The position numbers were made by a program, and so were the translations under genes. Positions 1-15,754 of a DNA stretch of 64,000 nucleotides are shown here, piece by piece (position 1 is the first letter of the stretch; each line of letters starts with the position of its first letter). The notes under the pieces are model-generated. The model did not search any database and was not told the DNA's origin. It worked only from the letters and a program-made list of their open reading frames with translations. The DNA is from the human T2T-CHM13v2.0 reference genome, Homo sapiens: the NCBI RefSeq assembly GCF_009914755.1, contig NC_060938.1; one strand, written 5' to 3'.

Positions 1-433
1 ATCAAAGAACATGCTGGTTCTAAAATGCGACTGAGACAGCCTTTCTCTGGCCACTCCATGCCCACTCTCAACCACGAATTTATTACCATGAAAAGTACCA
101 ATCTGATGGTGTACAAAGGTAGGGGGGAAAATGTAAGAACAATGCCTTACATTTTCTACATTTTTTGCGTTCATGTATCACACTTGATACATTTTTCTTT
201 GAGATGCCATTTTAACCCCTGGCATCTCAAAGGCAAAGTGATGGTCTCACACCCGGGAATGCTTGCTTAGGTAGGATCCCACCAACTGGCAACTTCCTAA
301 AAGGTGATCACTTTTTCCAAACATGCCTCTTGCTCTATGCTACATTCTCTTTTAACGGTCTTTTTTTTTTTTTAATTTTTTGTTTGTTTTACAACAATTA
401 TTTTTTTGACGTTTTTCCTTCTCTTAATGTTAC

Positions 434-917
434 CGTTGGGGCTCAGAAACCCAATACCCTAAAATATGGTGGTCTGACATACTGAACTGAAGAAGCTTCA
501 AGGTCTCTCTGACCTTCTCCACCCCATTGTCTCTCTCAAAAGCTTTATCTGCCTAAGATCCAGACCCACCAGAAGGAACCATTGTTCCTTCTTCTCCTCC
601 CTCTAAGACCAAGAAGGTAACCATACTGGAACAGACCCTTTCACAAGAAAATGAACAAATTAATCTCTGTTCCCTGATCCGTTCATTCTTCCTAGTAATC
701 CCGTCAACAGAGTTCCTCTTCGCTCCCTTCCCATAATGTCCAGCCAGGATGGCATATAAGCTTCCAAACCCCATTGGATGGTCACTGCGTGGCTCTGTGT
801 GTGTGTGTGTGTGTTAAATAAATTGTCTGCCTTTTGTCCCATTAAACTGCCTTTTGTGAGTTGATTTTTCAAGCAAACCTTCAGAGGGCGAAGAGGAAGC
901 TCTCCTTTGACCCTACA
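434..917 (+). mobile_element. Solo ERV1 LTR, MER39B-like
   Basis: Starts (C)GTTGGGGCTCAGAAAC..CCCTAAAATATGG, has AATAAA and ends CCCTACA; flanks ttac/ttgc resemble a TSD; internal (TG)n at ~796-813. Confidence 0.75.
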
Positions 918-1628
918 TTGCTGTAATCTCTTGATTGTCTTGTCTGTCCTTGTTTCTCCTATTTGTTACTTTCTGGAGATGGAAAAGTCAGCCATTTGTC
1001 TAATGGAGTTCAGAATGATTTTCATACCACAGCCTCTCTTTTTAGATTGGTCTGTTACTGCCTTCAGTAACTACACCACATAACACCATAGTGTTGCATC
1101 ATGCTAAATGTTATAATGCCATCTTTTTCTTTAAGGGGTTATTCTCATAGCAATTTAAGTTGAATAAGTAAATCATTGTACTCTTAAGTTATTCCTATCG
1201 GTGTGCATAATTTATAAAAACTAGGCCTGCTATTGTGTTATTCATTTTCCTAATTGGGTTAGGTCCATCTTTGGCTCTCAGTTATCTGGTTTACCCTCAC
1301 ACCATCATGAATAAACATCACTGGTCTCAATATTGATTGCTAGAATATCTCAGCCCTAACTTCATCATCACACTCTTTAAATGGCATGGAAGTGTTTTTA
1401 CGGGCACTCTTTTCTCTCCCAAACCCCCCATTTCATCCTCTGGAATCCCTATAAAATGCTAAGTAAATTTCCTAACATATTCCAGCCTTTACCAAATGTT
1501 TCCCCTGCTTCCTGATTATAACCGAAGCCTGCTCTCCCTTGAGGACGTGCAGGGAGCTGGAGCTGGGATGAGGGCAAGATGAGCTCCATATTCTCTTATC
1601 TTCTCATTGCGCGGCTGCCAAACCATCT

Positions 1629-1937
1629 TTTTATTTATTTATTTATTTATTTTTCTGATATGGAGTCTTGCTCTGTCACCCAGGCTGGAGTGCAGTGGCA
1701 TGATCTCGGCTCACTGCCACCTCTGCCTCCTGGGTTCAAGTGATTCTTCTGCCTCAGCCTCCCAAGGAGCTGGGATTACAGTTGCCTGCCACGGTGCCCA
1801 GCTAATTTTTTTGTATTTTTAGAGGAGACAGAGTTTCACTATGTTGGTCAGGATGGTCTTGAACTCCTGACCTCATGATCCACCCGCCTCGGCCTCCCAA
1901 AGTGCTGGGATTACAGGTGTGAGCCACCACACCCGGC
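1629..1937 (-). mobile_element. AluS
   Basis: Full dimer, TSD aaaccatc. Confidence 0.95.
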
Positions 1938-2085
1938 CAAACCATCATTTTTTACCTTCACGTGAACGTCTCTTTCTCTTCAGCCTCACATCATCCAACT
2001 ACGCAGCATCTTACAGGTCCTCATGGTGTCATCTGCTGGGACAGAGGCTAACATGGTAGAAGGACTTCATAAATAGCCAAGGAAT

Positions 2086-2429
<344 letters not shown>

Positions 2430-2799
2430 TTATCAAAAATGGCTGAGCCTTCCCCTCTCTGACAGGTCCCTGAGTCATTTCCAGGGTCTTTGAACTTGTT
2501 TAAATCCTTGCCTCACTCTTTTTTTCACACCTATATTCCAGTGGCTGTTGCCTCCTCAATTCATGAGTGTACCAAGTTCCACGTCATCTATAGCACTATA
2601 CTCACTCAAAAATCTTAAAATTCTTGAAGTTCATTCCCAATCAGTCTCTGACTGTCTTTACTGTTCTGCCTATTAAACTATCTATTTCAGTGTTTCTCTG
2701 AATTTTGATATCCACAAACAACTTTATGGCTATTTAGAACATGTGGATTTTCCATTGTAGATAAATTGGCTTTTAAAAGATTATTGAAACCGCATGAGT

Positions 2800-3200
2800 T
2801 CCTTTGTTCTGTTGAGGCAGAAATTGGCAGGCAGGGGATTTATTTGGGGAGTGCATTTGAGATTAACATCTGTAGGAGGAAGGGAAAGAAGGAAGGTTGG
2901 GAAGAGGGAGAATTAAGCTGCAGTGTAGTCACTGCAAGGCCTCAGTCCCACAGGCAGCTCCTTCAGTATTGGTCTGAACTGGGGCACTGGGATTGAGCCT
3001 CCATACAATGGCAACTGGTCATTGGTTGCAGGCTATCCTGGAAAGGGGGTATGTCCTTGGACAAGAAAGCTTTCTTCAGCCTAGGCTATTCCCAAAGAGG
3101 ATTGACAGCTGAGAGCTGTCAGCCTACAACCTTCCCAGCACATGGGGCAAAGATCTCTTAAAGCCGGGGATCTGGGCAATGTAGTCCAACATCGACAACG
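2800..3200 (-). mobile_element. Ancient ERVL LTR (LTR33/LTR16-type)
   Basis: tttatttggggagtgc..., tcattggttgcagg and gctgtcagc motifs typical of this LTR group. Confidence 0.55.
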
Positions 3201-3487
3201 GACACTCACTCAGGCTCAGGAGGCACATTGTTCATCATCTGATGTGCTCTGTGGATACAGCAGGGCTGGGTCAGCCTTTAGACTTTCATCTGACTAGCCC
3301 AGCCTTTTCCTTGTTATGATTATAGGTAGTGATCCATTAATACTGAGTGCAAATATTTGCCAGTCTACATCAGGGCTCATGGAGTGCCTTATCTGCCCAA
3401 ATATAAGACAATTATGTACATAAGACAGTAGCTCCATGAAAAAATACAAAACAAAAGCCTTTTGGACAATTTGAATATATATGCATA

Positions 3488-3852
3488 TGATATGGTTTGG
3501 CTCTGTGTCCCCGCCCAAATCTCATCTTGTAAGTCCCATAATTCCCACGTGTTGTGGGAGGGGCCCAGTGGAGATAATTGAATCATGGGGGCAGGTCTTT
3601 CCCATGCTGTTCTCCTGATAGTGAATGAGTCTCATGAGATCTGATGGTTTTAAAAACAGGAGTTTCCCTGCACAAACTCTCTCTTTGCCTGCTGCCATCC
3701 ATGTAGGATGTGACTTGCTCCTCCTTGCCTTCCACCATGATCGTGAGGCCTCCTCAGCCATGTGGAACTGTAAGTCCATTAAACCTCTTTCTTTTGTAAA
3801 TTGCTCAGTCTCAGGTATGTCTTTATCAGCAGCGTGAAAATTGACTAATACA
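3488..3852 (+). mobile_element. THE1 solo LTR (THE1B/C-like)
   Basis: TGATATGGTTTGG...GACTAATACA with perfect 5-bp TSD gcata. Confidence 0.95.
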
Positions 3853-3866
3853 GCATATATGTATAA

Positions 3867-4185
3867 GTGTGTGTGTGTGTGTGTGTGTGTGTGTATTTAG
3901 AAATGGGGTCTCACTCTACTGCCCAGGCTAGAGTGCAGTGGTGTGATCATGGCTCACGGCAGCCTCAACCTCCTGGACTCAAGTGATCTTCCCACCTCAG
4001 CCTCCTGAGTAGGGGGGACCACAGGTACACACTACCACATCTGGCTAATTTTTTTTTTTTTTTTTTGGTAGACACAGGGTCTAGATATGTTGCCCAAGAT
4101 TGTCTTGAACTCCTGGGCTCAAGCAGTCCTCCTGCCTCTGGCTCCCAACGTGCTGAGATTACACACATGAGCTACCATGTCTGGT
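3867..4185 (-). mobile_element. AluJ with (TG)n microsatellite at its tail
   Basis: AluJ-type sequence; (TG)n at ~3867-3893. Confidence 0.9.
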
Positions 4186-4358
4186 CAATATATATATATG
4201 AGAATGTAGATGAAAGAGCCATATGTCTACTTATAATATTTACTTAGTCATGTAATGTTATGATATTTAAAACCTCATGTTGTAAACTCAGATTTCATGC
4301 AACAATTTTATTGTTTTCATATGCTTTATCATATGTCATTATTAAAGTCACTTTATAA

Positions 4359-4742
<384 letters not shown>

Positions 4743-4954
4743 TAATAATGACCCCTGATTCTCAGTCAACAAGAAAAAATAAAAAGAATACTGACCTTGA
4801 AAACTGTATCCCAAGCTACTTGTGAACGCCACATTATAATCACTTGTTTTATTGCACCTTAAAGTGTTTTTAGAAGACTTGTTCTCAACAATTTCCAACA
4901 CTTGTAATTGAGAGGTCATTTTCCCATTAATAATTACTATATCTCTGTTAAAAT

Positions 4955-5090
4955 TTCTTTTCTTTTCTTTTATAGAGACGGGGTCTTGCTATGTTAGCCA
5001 GGTTGTTCTTGAATTCCTGGCCTCAAGCAATCCTTTGGCGTCAGCCTCCCAATAAGCTAGGATTACAGGTGTGAGCCACTGCACCTTGCC
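4955..5090 (-). mobile_element. Alu left monomer (FLAM)
   Basis: Single monomer, TSD taaaatt(t)cttt. Confidence 0.85.
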
Positions 5091-5497
5091 TAAAATTCTT
5101 TGTTTTTCTTTTAACTGATGCCATAGCTTATTATTGTAAGAATATAAATGTCTTCTCCCAGGGGAATTTATTGTTCAAAATAAAGTAACTAAGAGGGCTT
5201 CATGTAATATGAATGACTTTGTAAAGATTTTAACTGAAGTCAACTTTTCTGAAAGACTATTTTGGGGTGGGGGTTTGGGGAGAGACTGCATTATATTTGG
5301 GTATATGCAGCAACCACAATGAAAAAGTTTTCCTCTATATAATGATTTCCAAAGAGAAACAGGGTAAGAACTGACTCAATTTCCTAATTTCCACTCTTCG
5401 GTTTATCTGCATTATATCTTCTCTCTAGCATCAGATAAAAATTACTAACGGTAGGAAAAAGAAAATGCAGAAACATCTTGAAAGTTGCACACGATGT

Positions 5498-5720
5498 GGC
5501 TGGGCAGTGGCTCATGCCTGTAATCTCACACTTTGGGAGGCCGAGGTGGGAGGATTGCTTGAGTCTAGGAGCTCAAGACGAGTCTGGGCAACATAACGAA
5601 ACCCTGTCTCTACAAAAAATACAAAACTAGCTGGGTGTGGTGGCACACACCTGTGGTCCCAGCTACTTGGGAGGCTGAGGCAGGAGGATCGCTTGAGCCC
5701 AGGAGGCAGAGGTTGCAGAG
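5498..5720 (+). mobile_element. AluJ, 3'-truncated
   Basis: Alu sequence stops at gaggttgcag, no tail. Confidence 0.9.
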
Positions 5721-6264
5721 TAACTGGGAAGCTGGTAAAATCAAATTAAGCAAATGACAAATTGCTCAGGAACACAACAAAGAATGCACTAGTGGCAAAA
5801 ATCCTTTATCAAAGATATCAGTGGATATGGTGTGATATCAGCCGCCCTCAGCATGGGAGAGTCCTGGTGACTCTGGTTGGGTTTAAGCCCATCACTCCTC
5901 CTGGCCCCGAATCCCTTCCACAGCTACACATCCGCAGCATTCCTCTTGTAGCAGTCTGTGTGCCGCCGACCCCCACCCCGATGCTGAAGCCAACAGACAT
6001 TTATCATCCCTCCTGCACTTGACCTCTCCTGCCTTTCCTCTAGAAACACGCTCCTCCCTTGGAATGACTAACCCAACTTCTGCACAGCTTTCCTTTTCTC
6101 TCTCTGAACTCCCCCTTTTTAATCTTTAAGGAAATCTCTGCTCATGAATTATAGGTAAATGTTCTTGTTCTCTAGAGTTTCACTGTCTGCCCTCTGCTTA
6201 AACTACATCCTCTGCCTAAGCAAACTGACTTATCCCTGTTGCTTTATTTGTTACCTATAAGCCA

Positions 6265-6460
6265 AAAACTTCCAGTCAGACTGTTTGGGTTGAAATCCCA
6301 AATTAGCCACATTCTAGCTGTGGAGTCTTGGAAAAGAGTATAATAAAAGGACTGATCTCACAAGGCTGGCTATTTAATGATTAAATGAAATCATACATGT
6401 AACATGCTTAGTACAGTTTCTGGCACATGGTGTAACACATTGAAATGTTAGCTGCTTTTC
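6265..6460 (+). mobile_element. MIR
   Basis: cagactgtttgggttgaaatccca...attaaatgaaatcatacatgtaacatgcttagtacag..ctggcacat. Confidence 0.7.
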
Positions 6461-6598
6461 TTAGCATCTCTATTTCCAGCCTGTATCTGAATTTGGAATT
6501 ACCTTGTATAGATTCATTTAGATTTCCTATAAACACTGCAAACTCCACAGGCCCAAATTTAAACTTGCCATCCTACCCTATTCATTCCACTACCCCAT

Positions 6599-6607
6599 AC
6601 ACACACA

Positions 6608-6639
<32 letters not shown>

Positions 6640-7008
6640 CCCTAGAGAAAGAGATTTATTTTAAGGAATTGGCTATGTGATTGTGAAGGTTTGGTAAGTC
6701 CAAAATCTGCAGGGTAGGCGGACAGGCTGGAGACCCAGGGGAGCGTTACAGTTCAAATCCAGGGGCTGTCTACTGGCAGGATCCCTTCTTGCTGCGGGCA
6801 AGTGAGTCTTCATTCTATTAAGGCTTCCAACTGATTGGATGAGGCCCATCCACATTATGGAAGGTCATCTGCATTATTCAAAACTCACTGACTTGAATGC
6901 TAATCTCATCTTAAAAAAAAATACCTTTAAAAAACACCCAGAATAATCTTTGACCAAATATCTGAGCACCGTGGCCCAGACAGGTTGACGCATGAAATTC
7001 ACCATAAC
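6599..7008 (-). mobile_element. MLT2 (ERVL) LTR with (CA)n
   Basis: ctgattggatgaggcccatccacattatgga...tttgaccaaatatctg; (CA)n at ~6599-6639. Confidence 0.85.
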
Positions 7009-7705
7009 GTTGTCTTTGGGCAGAAGCTGAGATGAGGATTCAGGGGCAAGTGGTTGATATGGAACTGCAGGAGGCCAAGGTGGGGGTGTGGGAGGTGGTG
7101 CAGGAAGGGAAGGAAGCCATGAGGGGAACTTCACCAAGCAGTTACCACTGAGGACAGCTGGGGAACACGAGGGGCCCAGTGGAAAACCCACATCCGCACG
7201 GGGCCGCCAGTCATTCCAGCCTGCCTCCTGAGCAAGAGTGGGCTCTTGTGGCCAAAGAAAGCCCTCGGGCAAGGGAGTACACAGGCCGGAAGAAGAATGT
7301 GGTCGAACACCAAGAGCGCCAAGTGCACCGAGTAACCTCTTCACAGAGAGGAAGCTCAATGTCTTCTGGTGTCAAGGCCTCTCCCAAGATCCTACACGCT
7401 GACGGTCAGTAGGATCCTTGGGGGTGGAAGGCTCCTTTTCAATATGTAATTCGTTAAATAAGTTATGTGGGAACAAAAGATGACAGCAATAGTTCAACCA
7501 ACTCTTATCAGTGGTGTGAAATATTGTCATATATGGAAGAGGGATGTGAACCTTCAGGAACATTCTGGGGCCTTCCAGGAACCACACAGGATTCCAGTCA
7601 ATAACCAGACACAACTGCAGGGTTAAGTGTTCTTTGGAGTGCGGCAATCAGGCCTATAGAACCTCAACTTGACCTGCAGTAAGAAGCAATCAGAAAGCTC
7701 AGACA

Positions 7706-7930
7706 GGCCAGGCGCGGTGGCTCACGCCTGTAATCCCAGCACTTTGGAAGTCCGAGGCAGGTGGATCACTTGAGGTCAGGAGTTTGAGACCAGCCTGGCC
7801 AACATGGTGAAACTCTGTCTCTACTAAAAATACAAAAATTAGCTGGGTGTGGTGGCATGTACCCATTGCACTCCAGACTGGGCATCGCAGCGAGACTCCA
7901 TCTCAAAAAAAAAAAAGAAAGAAAAAGAAG
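7706..7930 (+). mobile_element. AluS with internal deletion of most of the right arm
   Basis: TSD agaaagctcaga; junction ggtggcatgtacc|cattgcactcc. Confidence 0.9.
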
Positions 7931-7984
7931 AAGAAAGCTCAGATAGGCTCCTTAAAAAGTTAAACACAGAATTATCATGTGAAG

Positions 7985-8153
7985 AGCTGGACATGGTGGT
8001 GTGCACCAGTAGTCCAGCTACTCAGGAGGCTGAGGCCAGAGGGTTGCTTGAGCCCAGAAGTTCGAGGCTACAGTGAGCTATGATTGCACCACTGGGCTCC
8101 AGCCTGACACAGCAAGACCCTGTCTCTAAAAATAAAAAATAATAATAAAAAAA
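7985..8153 (+). mobile_element. Alu right monomer (FRAM/AluJ)
   Basis: Monomer with A-rich tail. Confidence 0.85.
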
Positions 8154-8398
8154 TTAAGTTGAAATTTAAAAGAATTATCATATGACCCAGGAGTTGTACT
8201 CCTAGTTATATACCCAAAATAATTTAAAAGAGGGACTCAAACAGATACTTTTCACCAATGTTTAAATGTTCATTGCACCATTATTCACAGCAGCCAAAAG
8301 ATGGAACAATCCAAGTGTCCATTGACAGATGAAGGTATAAACCAAATGTGATATATCCACACAACGGAATAATATTCAGCCATAAAAAGGAGTAAAGT

Positions 8399-8710
<312 letters not shown>

Positions 8711-8984
8711 TTACCATATGGGTGAACGAACCTCCAAAACTTGATGCTAAGTGAAAGAAGCCAGGCACAAAAGGCCACATATTGTATGATTCAACTTATA
8801 TGAAATATCCAGAATAGGTAAATCTATATATAGAGAAAGTAGATTAGTGGTTGTCAGGGGCTCAGTGGAGAAGGAAATGTAGGTAGCTGCTTAATGGGTA
8901 CAGGGATTTCTTTTGGGTGATGTAAATGTTTTGGAACTAGATAGAGGTAGTGGTTGCCCAGCATTGCGAATGTACTAAATGCCA

Positions 8985-9277
8985 CTATGTCTCTAGTTCC
9001 TAAAGTTGATGTAAATTAGTTGCTTGCATTTCTACCAAAATACCACATATTAATAAAATGTACAGTTAGTAATTGCATCAATATTGCTAATGCATGTACA
9101 ATAAAAAGTATATACTAAACCTGTTTATCTTATTTTTATGTATAAACATATACGTAAATTGATTGTGTCTACATGTAAATGAACAACACAGTATGAATGT
9201 TTCCTGAAAGTTTGTTGTGGGCAAGAATTTTCTGTTTCTAATAAAAAGACTCGACTGGGCGTGGTGGCTCACACCTA
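8985..9277 (+). repeat. Diverged local duplicate of 12087-12380
   Basis: Colinear alignment by eye over ~290 bp, including the first ~25 nt of the downstream AluJ. Confidence 0.92.
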
Positions 9278-9302
9278 TCATTAATCATTCACTTAAAAAT
9301 GA

Positions 9303-9596
9303 TTTTTTTTTTTTTGAGATGGAGTCTTGCTCTGTTGCCCAGTCTGGACTGCAGTGGCGCTATCTCAGCTCACTGCAAGCTCCGCCTCCCAGGTTCATGC
9401 CATTCTCCTGCCTCAGCCTCCTGAGTAGCTGGGACTACAGGTGCCCACCACCACGCCCGGCTAACTTTTTGCATTTTTAGTAGAGACAGCGTTTCACCGT
9501 GTTAGCTAGGATGGCCTCGATCTCCTGACCTCATGATCCGCCCGCCTCGGCCTCCCAAAGTGCTGGGATTACAGGCGTGAGCCACCGCGCCCGGCC
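9303..9596 (-). mobile_element. AluY
   Basis: gcaagctccgcc..ttcatgccattc diagnostics; TSD aaaaatgatt. Confidence 0.95.
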
Positions 9597-9759
9597 AAAA
9601 ATGATTAATTTTATGTAATGTGAATGGTTACCATAATAATAATGATAATTAATAATTTTTTAAAGCAAAAAAAAAAAAGAGCTCAGGGATAGAGACATGA
9701 GCAACAAGAAGTCAAGGCAGCTCACAGCATCAACCCAGGGGCAGAAAGTAGGATCTTAA

Positions 9760-10335
<576 letters not shown>

Positions 10336-11499
10336 CTAAATGTTCTTTTTTAACAAGTAAAGCATGCTCACTGATAAAAAGTCTCGATACAGAGTTGATA
10401 CAATGGTATCAACAGTTCATCAATAGTAAAATCAGAGTTTCACCCCTCCTGCCCCATGTCCCACTGCCAGTCCTTGCATTAGGGAAACTATGAATGATTT
10501 GGAGAGTAGGATCTGCCATCTGATTTCCATTTCAACTTCCATTTCTCAGGCGTCCTGCCCAGGAGTTTTACTCTCTTTCTCACAGCTTATCTCCCCCAGG
10601 CTCCCTCTGCCTGACCTCCCTGGCCCTCTGCCAGATCCTCCTAGACATTCTCCACTTCCCCAGAACACTTGCCTGTGCTATTTCCTCTCCACCCTACTCA
10701 CCCCCACTCCGTCAGGCATATGGATCCTTTGAATCCACGGAGAAGTTTTCCTTGACAACACTTCACCCCCTGGCCACATCAGATCCCCTCTTACGCCCTG
10801 GGCATGTTTTTCTTCAGAGCTTAAACTGTTTGAACTTTGCATTTATGTGAGTGATTATTTGACTAAGGTCTGACACCCAGACCGTAATAAAAGTTCCGCA
10901 AAGTCAACAATCATGTGTTCCTTAGGTCGCTATATCCCCAGCACCCAACGCCACATTTGATCTAAAGGTGTGTCCTGTTGGTTGGACCTTCACAATAGAT
11001 CCAGGATCTAACCATTTCTCATGACCTTCCCAGGGATCTCCCGAGCTGGCATCGGGACTATGACTATAACGCCCACATGCTCTCCGTGGTCTATGTGAGG
11101 GGGACAAGGACCCTGCGTGTCGTATGCTTCATTACGTACCCAGTGCTTTATCTTTGCCCAGCACATGGGCACATGATTAGTATTTGTTGAGCTGAATTAA
11201 CCAGAATTGTTACTTTATTTTCTTAATCTCTATTTCAGCCATAGTTATAATACTCACTCACATCCATACATATTCTTACCACATATTTGAGCAAAGTCGA
11301 GGTCTAAGTAATAATTTATACGTATTCCAGCACAAAGATATTGCAGTATTTAGTAAATGACATTATCACTATGTAAAATAACCAATTCATCGTTTTTATC
11401 TTTACACTTTCACCTATATTCTTATCTACCATATACACCAAGGATAAGGTGCATACCTCTTTAGAACACCAGCTTCTTATCTGTAATAAAAGGGAGTTT

Positions 11500-11645
11500 G
11501 GAGCTGGGTGTGGTGGCATGCACCTGTAGTCCCAGCTACTCCGGAGGTTGAAGTGGTTGAAGTGGGAGAATTGCATGAGGCCCAGGAGTTCAGGGTCAGC
11601 CCAGGCAACATAGCAAGACTTGTCTCTTAAAAAAAAAAAAAAAAA
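11500..11645 (+). mobile_element. Old Alu monomer (FLAM/FAM-like)
   Basis: Monomer with poly-A; small ggttgaagt duplication. Confidence 0.8.
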
Positions 11646-12355
11646 GTGTGGGCAGGGGATGGTGTCTTTCAACTCTATTTCTGGGGCCCTATGTGTTAAG
11701 CTGCATAAGCACCCACTTCTTATTCATCTTTGCATCCCCAGAACCAGCCCAGGTCTTGTGTGCAGCAGGAACTCAAGAGCACAGCCCTGCTGTGGGCTGT
11801 CTACATTCAAACCAGCCACGCACCGTGTTGGCTGTACAAACCTGGAAATTACCTTAATCCCTCAAAGCCTCGGTTTCCTCCTCCGAAAAGTGGAGATTGT
11901 AAGATAATGCTTGCAAAGAGCTGAGCACAAGGTCTGACTCACAGTCAGCTCTCATGGAATGTGCATGAATGTATGAGCCAGTGAATCTAGGATTCTAGAC
12001 AAATTGCCTAGATTAAATGGCAAAGTGTGCATTATTTCTTTGGTATCATGTTCTCTAAAATATTGAATGGTTAACATAACTGTTCCTACTCTCTAGTTTA
12101 TAAAGTAGATGTAAATTAGTTCCTTGCATTTGTGCTAGAATACCAAATATTAATAAAATGTACACGTAGTAATTACATTGATATTGCTAATGCATGTACA
12201 ATAAAGGGCATGTACTAAATCTGTTTATTTTATTTTTATGTATAAATATGTACATAAACTGATTATGTCTACATTTAAATGAACAACAGTATGACTATTT
12301 CCTGAAAGTTTGCTGTGGGCAAGAATTTTCTGTTTCTATTATAATAAAAAGACTT

Positions 12356-12694
<339 letters not shown>

Positions 12695-13364
12695 TTATGC
12701 CCTGAACAAAATTAAGTCTGAACTTTTATTGGGTTAAATCAGAGCTCGGGAGTTACATTATCTTGCAAACAAAGTTTCTGACTGTCTCATTAAATAAGAG
12801 AAGGTGTAACAACAAATTTAATTATCAAATGTGACTTTTTCTGCCAATTTTTTTCCCTCAACTGTTTATGCTGTTGGTTTAGCCCATCTGGTTTTTATTT
12901 GAGAATAGAAATCACAAATCCCACAAACCATCCACTGATTCCTAATCCTAGAAAAGACTGGTATTACTTTAGCAGCATAATATGTTTTTCTTTCCTCTGG
13001 TGGGAATAAATGTGCAGCTTTATAGTGGATTAAAAAAGACAATTGAGAAATTTCCTATTATAAACATGTATGGTATCTTAATTTCCTAGTATAATAGCAA
13101 GCCGACTAACATAATTAATTATATTTTAAATGCAAATTGTTGACAAGAGTTCATCTGGTTGAAATTATTTAAGCCACATCAACTCTAAAGAAAGTCCTGC
13201 TTTCTAACTCCTAATTCTTTTTTTAGAAAAATAATTCCATATTCTCTCCCATGCCCAGCAATCTCTTAAAAATTTCACATGATATTTAAAGCACCATTGC
13301 TGCAACCCCATAGAGACAACTAGGCAAATATAAGTGATTTATATGCAGATTTCAACCTATTTAC

Positions 13365-13527
13365 CGAGCTTAATAGTAAGAGACAAAATATTATATGCAA
13401 AATGCGTTCATTTAAATTTTTGATCAGATCTTTCTGCTGCTTGATGGAGCGAGCAAGTTATATTGGTATAGGAGCAAATACATTTCAGAATAGAAGTCTC
13501 AAGCCAAGTTTATATGTAGTGAGAGAC
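13365..13527 (-). pseudogene. Candidate relic exon (163 nt, two in-frame stops)
   Basis: gttgtccag| acceptor and TCG|gtaaat donor in non-repeat DNA; translation SLTTYKLGLRLLF*NVFAPIPI*LARSIKQQKDLIKNLNERILHIIFCLLLLSS; no homology confirmed. Confidence 0.3.
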
Positions 13528-13835
13528 CTGGACAACGTATGGCTAGATAATCCATTAGTTTCACTCATCTTGACTGACAAGTAGCTCTGAAATGTGAATC
13601 AACCCTGAAATTTCCACAGGAAGTACTAAGTAGCTGAGATAATGACAGCTCTCAGACCAACAGTGCTGTGGGACCCACAGGGATCACCTTGCTCTATGTT
13701 TCTGAAAAGGCAGGATGCTAGCCACGTGTAGTATGCAAGATAATTTTAGGAAGCACACACATTGGTTACATTTACAGTTCTGTTTGTGTATCAACATGCA
13801 TTAGAACAAACAACAAACATTGAAACTATGATTGA

Positions 13836-14100
13836 GGCTGGGTACAGTGGTTCATGCCCGTAATCGCAGCACTTTTGGTGGCCGAGGCAGATGGATCGCT
13901 TCGGCCCAGAAGTCTGAGCAACATGGCAAAACCTCGTATCTATCAAAAAAAAAAAAAAAAATTAACTGGGCATTGGTGGTCTGTACCTGTAGTTTTAGCC
14001 ACTCAGGAGGGTGAGGTGGGAGGATTGCTTGATTCTGGGAGGTTGAGGCTGCAGTGAGCCATGATCAGGTCACTGCGCTCCAGCCTGGGCAACAGAGAGT
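13836..14100 (+). mobile_element. AluJ
   Basis: Diverged dimer. Confidence 0.9.
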
Positions 14101-14190
14101 CAACAACAACCACCACCACCACCACCTAGGATTTTATGGATGTTACCACTAGTTAAGTAAAAAGAGGTGAGTTGATTAAAGAAAAATATT

Positions 14191-14591
<401 letters not shown>

Positions 14592-14630
14592 CTAATTTTA
14601 TAGGTGAGGAAAATGAAGCCCTGAGTAGTG

Positions 14631-15051
<421 letters not shown>

Positions 15052-15370
15052 TAGCTGAGCCTCACAAAGCATATGGGCTTTTTTCTAGACACATGGGTCA
15101 ATGAGAAGTTCAGATAAATTCTCAAGCTATTTGTGTATTTGTTGTTGTTTCTTTTTAGGGAACAATGGTGGTATAGTTGTCACTTGGCCAGAATAAAAAG
15201 GTGCTAATGACAGCTGATCTCATGTTCAGCTGTGTTTAAACAGAGTAATATTGATTAGATCTGTATTGTTAATTACAGGTATAGATGTGAAATAGAAGAA
15301 TGATAAGTTTATAATCATCTTTATATTTTGTTAACTTTTGCACCTTCTTAGTAAATGCATCTATGCTTAA

Positions 15371-15739
<369 letters not shown>

Positions 15740-15754
15740 TGATATATTCTATAG

